From Candidatus Omnitrophota bacterium (lineage in GTDB: Bacteria; Omnitrophota; Omnitrophia; Omnitrophales; Aquincolibacteriaceae), in assembly GCA_035368605.1 (NCBI GenBank), contig DAOSLF010000012.1:1-57181 (forward strand): 57,181 nucleotides of DNA. The letters run 5' to 3'. Positions 48,849 to 55,172 of this stretch are shown piece after piece. Made by a program: the position numbers and the translations under genes. Position 1 is the first letter of the stretch; every line of letters starts with the position of its first letter. The notes under the pieces were generated by a model. The model ran no database searches, was not told where the DNA came from, and saw nothing but the letters and a program-made list of their open reading frames with translations.

Positions 48849-49139
48849 TTAGATCTTGCCGTCCCAGCGACCGCCCTGGCGCTGGATCAGGGCATCCCAT
48901 CCCGACCAGAGACGGAATGGCGGCAGAAGTCCCGCGATCGCGTGTGTCCAGTTCTTCTTCGTCTCGTTGTCATTGATATACTGGCCGATTCCGGGCCAGA
49001 TGATCAACGAGCAGAGACCGGAGACCACGCTTTTCCCCGTGATCTTTCCATGGGTTGCGGTATTGACCGCGAAGGCCGAAGTGGGCGAGAACGAAAGCAC
49101 GACCGCTGCGATCAAAAAGCACGCCAAAAGTTTTTTCAT
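48849..49139 (-). CDS. hypothetical small secreted/membrane protein (paralog of 3283-3723)
   Basis: GGGAGG RBS. The signal peptide ends in 'SAFA'. 'LIIWPGIGQYINDN' and 'RLWSGWDALI' parallel the motifs of the 3283 gene. Confidence 0.7.
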   Translation of the reverse strand: MKKLLACFLIAAVVLSFSPTSAFAVNTATHGKITGKSVVSGLCSLIIWPGIGQYINDNETKKNWTHAIAGLLPPFRLWSGWDALIQRQGGRWDGKI

Positions 49140-49296
49140 TTTTTAATCCTCCCGGTTGGTGGCGGCATTCTAGCCGTTTCCATTTTTTATTTCAACCCGC
49201 CGTGCCGCTGTTTCCCCGGAGAGGCCACGGTTAGCCCGCGCGGCAAAGGACCGCGCTTGCCTTCTCGAGGGTGATGAGCTCTTCCCCCGGAGGGGT

Positions 49297-49668
49297 TTAG
49301 AAGAATTTTGCGGTCAGGATTCCGGCGCGCAGCGCGAGAAAACCGGCCACGACACTCGGGAAAACGTTCATGAACGCGCGGAAGTTTTCGCCGCTTTTCA
49401 TCAGATCCGCGGTTTCGAGCATGAAGGTCGAGAAGGTCGTGTAGGCGCCGCAGAAACCGATCATCAGGAAAATACATGCCGCCGGTCCCGGGAGGAATTT
49501 CTCTTCCGCGAGGACCGCGAGAAAACCGATGAGCCAGCATCCCGTGAGGTTCACGACGAGCGTGCCATAGGGAAAAGAGGCGCCGAGTGTTTGATAAACC
49601 GCGCCTCCGAACCAGTAACGGGCGAGGGTCCCGAGCGTCCCGCCGGAGACCAGGGCGATCCATTTTAT
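49297..49668 (-). CDS. crcB: fluoride channel CrcB/FluC; apparent non-canonical ATA start
   Basis: '(I)KWIALVSGGTLGTLARYW...YGTLVVNLTGCWLIGF...GFCGAYTTFSTF'. The track begins only at an internal Met (49554). The frame stays open upstream, but it has no ATG, GTG or TTG after the preceding gene's stop. Confidence 0.8.
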   Translation of the reverse strand: MKWIALVSGGTLGTLARYWFGGAVYQTLGASFPYGTLVVNLTGCWLIGFLAVLAEEKFLPGPAACIFLMIGFCGAYTTFSTFMLETADLMKSGENFRAFMNVFPSVVAGFLALRAGILTAKFF

Positions 49669-49672
49669 GGCG

Positions 49673-50236
49673 TTATTTCTTCCCGATCGAGAAGGCCTGC
49701 CCCAGGAATTTTCCGGCCCCGTAGTAGGAACCGGTCGCCGGGTCGAACATGAAGGCCTTCATTTTTTCGACGTCCGGAAACCCCTTCGCGTTCAAAACGC
49801 TCTCGTCGGCCTTCACGTCCAGGACCTCGCCGATGAACTGCGTGTGGCTTCCGAGCCTGACCGTCTGCATCAGGCGGCACTCAACCGTGAGGGGGAATTC
49901 CTGGATGTAGGGGGCGTTGACCTTGTCCGCCTTGACGGCTGTGAGACCGGTGGCCTTGAACTTGTCCTCTTTTTTCCCCGAGACGATGCCCACATAATCC
50001 GCTTCCCGGATGTATTTTTCGGAAGGGATGCACACCGTGAAGGCCCGTTGCGCCATGATGTTTTCGTAGGTCTTTCGCGGTTCCCGCACGGAGACCGTGA
50101 TCGCCGGAGGTTCCGAACAGGCGATCCCGCCCCACGCCGCGTTCATGGCGTTCGGCGCGCCGTTCGCGTCGTAAGAGCAGATGATCAGGACCGGAGCCGG
50201 GAAAAGGATTGTTTTGGCGCCAAGGGATCTTTTCAT
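49673..50236 (-). CDS. flavin reductase-like FMN-binding protein (flavoredoxin type)
   Basis: 'PAPVLIICSYDANGAPNAMNAAWGG...FTVCIP...DYVGIVSGKKEDKF'. Confidence 0.85.
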   Translation of the reverse strand: MKRSLGAKTILFPAPVLIICSYDANGAPNAMNAAWGGIACSEPPAITVSVREPRKTYENIMAQRAFTVCIPSEKYIREADYVGIVSGKKEDKFKATGLTAVKADKVNAPYIQEFPLTVECRLMQTVRLGSHTQFIGEVLDVKADESVLNAKGFPDVEKMKAFMFDPATGSYYGAGKFLGQAFSIGKK

Positions 50237-50244
50237 GGTTCACC

Positions 50245-50574
50245 TCACCATTTTTTGAAGATGAAGAATGCGGCCAGCACGATGAACGCGAAGCCGACGA
50301 GATAATTCCATTTGAGACCTTCTTTGAGGTATACGACCGAGAACGCGCAGAAAACAATCAGGGTGATGATCTCCTGGATCGTCTTGAGCTGGGCCGTCGA
50401 GTACGTGTAAGAGCCGATCCGGTTGGCCGGCACCTGAAAACAATACTCGACGAAGGCGATCAGCCAGCTAATCACGATGACCTTCCAGAGAGCCGCGTTC
50501 TTGAAGCGCAGATGACCGTACCAGGCGATGGTCATGAAGATGTTGGAAATGGTGAGAAGGGCGATCGCTCTCAT
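50245..50574 (-). CDS. DMT-superfamily small membrane protein (DUF486-like)
   Basis: 'LLTISNIFMTIAWYGHLRF...FVEYCFQVPANRIG...LKTIQEIITL'. Its ATG overlaps the dedA stop (ATGA). Confidence 0.75.
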   Translation of the reverse strand: MRAIALLTISNIFMTIAWYGHLRFKNAALWKVIVISWLIAFVEYCFQVPANRIGSYTYSTAQLKTIQEIITLIVFCAFSVVYLKEGLKWNYLVGFAFIVLAAFFIFKKW

Positions 50575-51200
50575 GACCCGGGTTTCTTGTGATGATGGAG
50601 CAACTCTTTGGCGATCGGGAGCAGGGAAAGAACGATCACGATCAGGATGACCCAATGGACCTTTTTTTCGATGTCCGGGATGGATCTCGCGAGAAAGAAT
50701 CCGATCAGCGTCATGCTCAGGACCCAGCCGATTCCGCCCGCGATATTATAAAGGAGAAATTTCTTGTAACTCATGCACCCCGCGCCGGCCACGGTCGGCG
50801 CGAAGGTTCTCACGATCGGAACGAACCGGGCGAGCACGATCGTTTTGGGACCGTGTTTCTCGTAGAATTTCTGCGTTCGGACGAGGTGGTCCTTGTGAAA
50901 GAAAAAGGAATCCTCCTTGTTGAAGATCTTTGGTCCGAAATGATACCCGATCCAGTAGCCGGTGGTGTCCCCGATGATCGCGGCGGCGCAAAGCAGGAGG
51001 TTCAGGACCCAGATGTTCATGGATCGATCGACCGCGCACAAGAGCCCGGCCGTGACGAGAAGGGAATCCCCCGGCAGGAAAAACCCCGCCAAAAGCCCGG
51101 TTTCCGCGAACACGATGGCCGTAACGATGAAATATCCGCCCCAGCGAATGAGGCCCTGAAGGTCGGACAACCTTGCGAAAAGATCCTGAAACCATTCCAT
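50571..51200 (-). CDS. dedA: DedA family membrane protein
   Basis: 'FAETGLLAGFFLPGDSLLVTAG...LARFVPIVRTFAPTVAGAG'. Confidence 0.9.
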   Translation of the reverse strand: MEWFQDLFARLSDLQGLIRWGGYFIVTAIVFAETGLLAGFFLPGDSLLVTAGLLCAVDRSMNIWVLNLLLCAAAIIGDTTGYWIGYHFGPKIFNKEDSFFFHKDHLVRTQKFYEKHGPKTIVLARFVPIVRTFAPTVAGAGCMSYKKFLLYNIAGGIGWVLSMTLIGFFLARSIPDIEKKVHWVILIVIVLSLLPIAKELLHHHKKPGS

Positions 51201-51267
51201 AGCAACATCCCGATTCTGAAATGCGGACGTCGGAGGCCGGAACGCCCCGCCTTCTGACGGCCCGCGG

Positions 51268-51738
51268 TTAACGGTTCAATAAACAGATTCCGAAGTTCAG
51301 ACCGGCGGCGAAGGTGACCCACGCGAGATACGGGATCAGGAGGACCGCGGCAGTGATCGAGACCTTCGAGAACTGTCCTATTGTAGCGAGGATTGCGGCC
51401 CATAGGAACAGAATATCGAGAAGCCCGCAGAACGGCGACCGGAGACCGAAAAAAAGATAAGACCAGACCGAGTTCAGGGCGAGCTGGAACAGGAAGAGCG
51501 CCAACCCCTTACGGACCGCTTCTTCCTTCAGGCCCTTCGACCAGACGATCCATGCCGCGATCCCCATCATCAGATACAACGCGCTCCAGACCGGGCCGAA
51601 GATCCGGGCGGGCGGCGCGAAGGAAGGTTTTTTCAGGGTCGCGTACCAGGACGGGATCGCCTGCGAGATGACGGCCGCGCCGGCCGCTCCCGCCGCGAAA
51701 CAGAATGCCAGGGAAAGAACAAGCTTGACGAATCTCAT
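51268..51738 (-). CDS. tspO: TspO/MBR tryptophan-rich sensory protein
   Basis: 'WYATLKKPSFAPPARIFGPVWSALYLMMGIAAW...LNSVWSYLFFG...PYLAWVTFAAGLN'. Confidence 0.92.
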   Translation of the reverse strand: MRFVKLVLSLAFCFAAGAAGAAVISQAIPSWYATLKKPSFAPPARIFGPVWSALYLMMGIAAWIVWSKGLKEEAVRKGLALFLFQLALNSVWSYLFFGLRSPFCGLLDILFLWAAILATIGQFSKVSITAAVLLIPYLAWVTFAAGLNFGICLLNR

Positions 51739-51852
51739 GCGAACTCCCTTACCGAAAGATGGAAATGCCTTGCCGCGTCACGATTTTATCAAGATACCGT
51801 CGGACTTTGAAGATGAGTTCGCGCCGGAAACGGCGCCGGAGCCGGGCAACCT

Positions 51853-52488
51853 TCACGGGCAGACGGTTAAGCGCGGAAGGGAATCGCGGCAGGCGGTCTT
51901 TTCGGAATATTTTTTGATCTTCTTCAGGAAAAGAAGCGTGTCGCGTTCGACGAGCTTGACAAGCGCCGCCGCGCGGGGGTCCCACCGGGACGCTTCGAGC
52001 CGGGTCTCCTCATGATATTTCAGGAGGGAACCGGCCGGGTCCGGCAGGACCTCGTAGTACCCTTTGGAACTGACGAGCTTCGGCGCGACCTTGCTCACCT
52101 GCTCGCAGCGGATCAGTTCGAATGTCACGCGCCGCATGTCCTTCCGGAGGTCACGGCGATAAACGGTGTCGAGGCTGCAGAGCTTGTTCTTGTGGACCGA
52201 ACGGAGTTCATAGCGCCCCGGGCCCTCGTTCGCGATCTCCACGAGATCCGCGCTGCCCTTCATCAGTTCCCGGATGTGATAGGCGCTGAAGAGCATCCGG
52301 AGCAGGCAGTCCGGCGCGGCCGCGACCTGGATGCTCGCGTCGAGGATATTGTCCCCGTTTGTCCGCTTGAGGCTGTGCGTGAATGCCTCGGCGTTCCCCG
52401 GTTTTTTCCAGGTCAGTCCAGGATGAAGGAACGTGAGCATCAAAAAAAGCGCGGCGGCAAGAGGGCATCGTCTGAAGATGAGTCTCAT
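51853..52488 (-). CDS. hypothetical exported protein
   Basis: 211 aa with an N-terminal hydrophobic signal. It starts 2 nt after the rluA-family stop. No family recognised. Confidence 0.6.
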   Translation of the reverse strand: MRLIFRRCPLAAALFLMLTFLHPGLTWKKPGNAEAFTHSLKRTNGDNILDASIQVAAAPDCLLRMLFSAYHIRELMKGSADLVEIANEGPGRYELRSVHKNKLCSLDTVYRRDLRKDMRRVTFELIRCEQVSKVAPKLVSSKGYYEVLPDPAGSLLKYHEETRLEASRWDPRAAALVKLVERDTLLFLKKIKKYSEKTACRDSLPRLTVCP

Positions 52489-52490
52489 GA

Positions 52491-53204
52491 TCAGCGGGCC
52501 CTCCCGAGCGCTTGCTCGAGTTCGTCCGGAAGCGCGGCCTCGATATCCAGGACCTCATTCCGTTCCGGGTGCCGGATGCGGAAATGCCACGCGTGAAGGA
52601 ACAGCCGGTTCAGGCCGATCGCGTCTTTCAGCTCCCGGTTCACGGTGAAATTCCCGTAAACGCGGTCACCGGCGACCGGATGTCCGTGATAGGCGGACTG
52701 CACGCGGATCTGATGGGTCTTTCCCGTGATTAGCCGGATTTCGAGAAGCGCGAGGTTCATGCGGGGATAAATTTCCTTTGTCGCGTACTGAAGCAACGCG
52801 TTCGCCCGGGGACCACGTGTGACAAATGCCCTGGTGCCGCCCGGTCGCCGTTTCACGGCGAGAAAATCCGACCAGCGGCCCTTGGCCGGGATCGGCTTGC
52901 GCGCGACGAGGACGACGTAATCCTTCTCGACCGCCTGTTGTTCAAATGCCGCGCGGCAAGCCTTCGCCGCGCCGGGTGTTTTGGCCGCGAGCAGGATACC
53001 GGATGCCTCCCGGTCGAGGCGGTGAATCAGCCAGAGCGGCCCCGCCGGCGTCCGGAACTCGCGGGTATCCGGATCGTAGGGGCCCTCATAGGCCGCGGTC
53101 TGTCCTTTCGCGTTTGGATGAGACAGGACGCCCGACGGCTTATGGACAAGGATCACGGCCTTGTCTTCGTAAAGGACCGGACATCGGGTAAGGGGATTAG
53201 GCAT
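52491..53204 (-). CDS. RluA-family pseudouridine synthase
   Basis: 'ILVHKPSGVLSH', catalytic 'HRLDREASGILLAAKT' and 'GKTHQIRVQ'. Start chosen at MPNPLT (the track starts at 53288). Confidence 0.88.
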   Translation of the reverse strand: MPNPLTRCPVLYEDKAVILVHKPSGVLSHPNAKGQTAAYEGPYDPDTREFRTPAGPLWLIHRLDREASGILLAAKTPGAAKACRAAFEQQAVEKDYVVLVARKPIPAKGRWSDFLAVKRRPGGTRAFVTRGPRANALLQYATKEIYPRMNLALLEIRLITGKTHQIRVQSAYHGHPVAGDRVYGNFTVNRELKDAIGLNRLFLHAWHFRIRHPERNEVLDIEAALPDELEQALGRAR

Positions 53205-53364
53205 CGCGCAGAGCAGGTCAGGGAAGGTTCGAGTGTTTTGACGAGGTATCCCGTGAAGATGATGTCGGGTGTCGTGATCGTTCCGCAAATCGACACCGGA
53301 AAATTGTCCCGGACCTTTTCACGAGAGAGCCGGAAGAGCCGGCAGGTCAGCCAGTCGACCACCG

Positions 53365-53406
53365 CTCCAACCTACGAGGTTGGAGTGATCCAACCTCGTA
53401 GGTTGA
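53365..53406. repeat. tandem pair of REP-like palindromes (inverted loop orientation)
   Basis: ctccaacct-acg-aggttggag (53365-53385), spacer tga, then tccaacct-cgt-aggttga (53389-53406). The second copy matches 23297-23314 over 18 nt. Confidence 0.8.
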
Positions 53407-53411
53407 TGGGG

Positions 53412-53501
53412 TTAGCGGCAGCAGGATTTCTTTTTGGCCTTCTTGGCGGGTTTTTTTGCTGCCTTTTTCGCCTTCTTCGCTTTTTTCACTTTCTTGGCCA
53501 T
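53412..53501 (-). CDS. 29-aa lysine-rich basic peptide MAKKVKKAKKAKKAAKKPAKKAKKKSCCR
   Basis: Below the ORF-track size cutoff. AGGAG lies 8 nt upstream of the ATG, with a TAA stop. The two palindromic hairpins lie immediately downstream. Confidence 0.55.
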   Translation of the reverse strand: MAKKVKKAKKAKKAAKKPAKKAKKKSCCR

Positions 53502-53596
53502 AGTTTTGGCTCCTTCCCTTGGTTGAGGCTCAACGCACAAGGCCCAACGCCCAACGATACTTTCGTTGCGCGTCGAACATTGTCCGTTGCGCGGTG

Positions 53597-53869
53597 TTAA
53601 ACTTTGTCGAGGAACATGAGGGCCCCGATCACGACGAACGCCGTCGCGCCGGCATAGCGGATATATTCCGGCCGGATATATTTCGCGAGCGCCGCGCCGA
53701 TGACCACGGAGATCAGGGCAACCAAAGCGTATCCCGTGAGCGAGCCGAGCAGGACGGACCAGGGCTTCCCGGTCTTTCCCGACATCGTCAACGTCACGAG
53801 CTGCGTTTTGTCGGCGAGCTCCGCAAAAAAAATCGCGCTGAGCGTCGCCAAAAAAATCTTCATGTCCAT
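53597..53869 (-). CDS. UPF0016/GDT1 (TMEM165) family protein, single-repeat half-size
   Basis: 'FFAELADKTQLVTL' is the E-x-G-D-(K/R)-(T/S) signature. 90 aa, 3 TM. GGAGA RBS 6 nt before the ATG at 53869. Confidence 0.8.
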   Translation of the reverse strand: MDMKIFLATLSAIFFAELADKTQLVTLTMSGKTGKPWSVLLGSLTGYALVALISVVIGAALAKYIRPEYIRYAGATAFVVIGALMFLDKV

Positions 53870-54031
53870 AAATGATCTCCGAAAGACGTTTGAACGGTCT
53901 CTATTGTAACCGAATCGGCAAACTCTTGAAAGAATTGAGCGCAATTTATTTTTTCGCGGCCCGGATTCAGCAAAGAGAACGGTCTTTCGGGAAGTTCTCC
54001 CCGCGCGGATCCGGGAAAAATCCGGCGGTGT

Positions 54032-54916
54032 TCAGGAAAAACAATTCAGAAGAAGTCCCGCGGCGAGGCTCACGAGCGCGAGAAGTCCGAGGATGCGAAA
54101 GGTCTCGCGGCGGTCCTTTAGTTCCTTGAAAAGAACGAGAATCCCGAGGCCGGCGCTCGCGCAAAGTCCCGCGATGGTCGAACCGAACGTGATCGCTCCC
54201 TTCAGGTAGACTTCCGCGATCGCGACCGAGGCGGCACAGTTCGGGATCAGGCCGACCAGGACGGCCAGGAGCGGCTGGAAGGGTGTTCCCGAAAAAAAGA
54301 GCTTCCCGAGGTTTTCCTCTCCCGCCCCGGCGATCACGAGCCCTATAATCAACGAAACCACGAAAATGAACAGGGCCACGCTGGCCGTGTGTTTAACCGG
54401 ACAAAGAAGATACGTCTTCCACCAGGGCTCACGGCAGAAATGGGAATGGCATGAGCAGTGGCGGTGTTCCTCGACACAGACGGCCGGATCATGGAGGACC
54501 GGGTGCGTCCCGGGATGAAGGGGGGTCTTGATCAAAAGATCGATCAAATAGCCGGCGGCGGTCGCAATGACGAGTTTGGCTCCGAGAAGGTCAAAGATGA
54601 GATGCGCCTGGTCCGTGTCGGCGAGGATGACCGGGATGGCTTCATCCGAAGTGGAGAGAAAGACCGCGAGCAGGGTGCCGAGCGAGATGCACCGCCGGGC
54701 ATAAAGGGCGCTTGCGATCACCGAAAAACCGCACTGCGGGATGCAGCCGAAAAGGGCGCCGAGAAAAGGTGCGACGCGGACCCTGTGGCTGATCCGTTCC
54801 GTGATCGCGTCGCCGAAGCGGTGTTCCACGAACTCAAGCAGGATATAAATCCCGATGAGCCATGGGACTGCGGCCAGCGTGTCGCGCAGGGATTCTGAGA
54901 AAACTTCGATCAACAT
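54032..54916 (-). CDS. putative 10-TM metal (Mn/heavy-metal) transporter, ArsP_2/DUF2899-like
   Basis: 'GCIPQCGFSVIASALY' and a second-half 'LIPNCAASVAIAEVY', with a His/Cys-rich central loop 'EEHRHCSCHSHFC'. Family assignment is from memory. Confidence 0.7.
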   Translation of the reverse strand: MLIEVFSESLRDTLAAVPWLIGIYILLEFVEHRFGDAITERISHRVRVAPFLGALFGCIPQCGFSVIASALYARRCISLGTLLAVFLSTSDEAIPVILADTDQAHLIFDLLGAKLVIATAAGYLIDLLIKTPLHPGTHPVLHDPAVCVEEHRHCSCHSHFCREPWWKTYLLCPVKHTASVALFIFVVSLIIGLVIAGAGEENLGKLFFSGTPFQPLLAVLVGLIPNCAASVAIAEVYLKGAITFGSTIAGLCASAGLGILVLFKELKDRRETFRILGLLALVSLAAGLLLNCFS

Positions 54917-55054
54917 GCGCTCATCGTACCCGGGTCTCCTCCGAAAAGCAAGCGGGGCGTGGTCCCCGTCCCCGCTGCGGCACTGGGTGTCGCAGCGGGA
55001 AGCGGTAGAGCGAGGACGGGAATCGAGTTCTCCTGAAGAATCAGAGAAAATCCC

Positions 55055-55083
55055 TTGTGTTATCTGGAAGACAGCACTAAAAT
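55055..55083 (+). promoter_or_regulatory. candidate promoter for the beta-strand-repeat gene
   Basis: TTGTGT (55055-55060), 17-nt spacer, TAAAAT (55078-55083). Confidence 0.4.
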
Positions 55084-55172
55084 TTTTCGCTTCAGTGATT
55101 TTTGTTATGGTCGTTTCTAAGCATGGATTAAAAACGCAATTTTCCGTTTACAGCTCCGACAGGAGGTTTACT

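Noticed and set aside
49669-49680. Fluoride riboswitch in front of crcB.
   Set aside because: crcB starts within a few nucleotides of the upstream gene's stop, so there is no leader. I saw nothing like the crcB motif upstream of the operon at 51739-51852.
53870-54031. yybP-ykoY Mn riboswitch upstream of the GDT1-family gene, and likewise upstream of the ArsP_2 gene.
   Set aside because: Only partial resemblances are present (ggggagaac against GGGGAGUAG, and agagacc). There is no complementary P1 pairing, and a promoter-like element lies between the two halves. An Infernal scan would settle the question.
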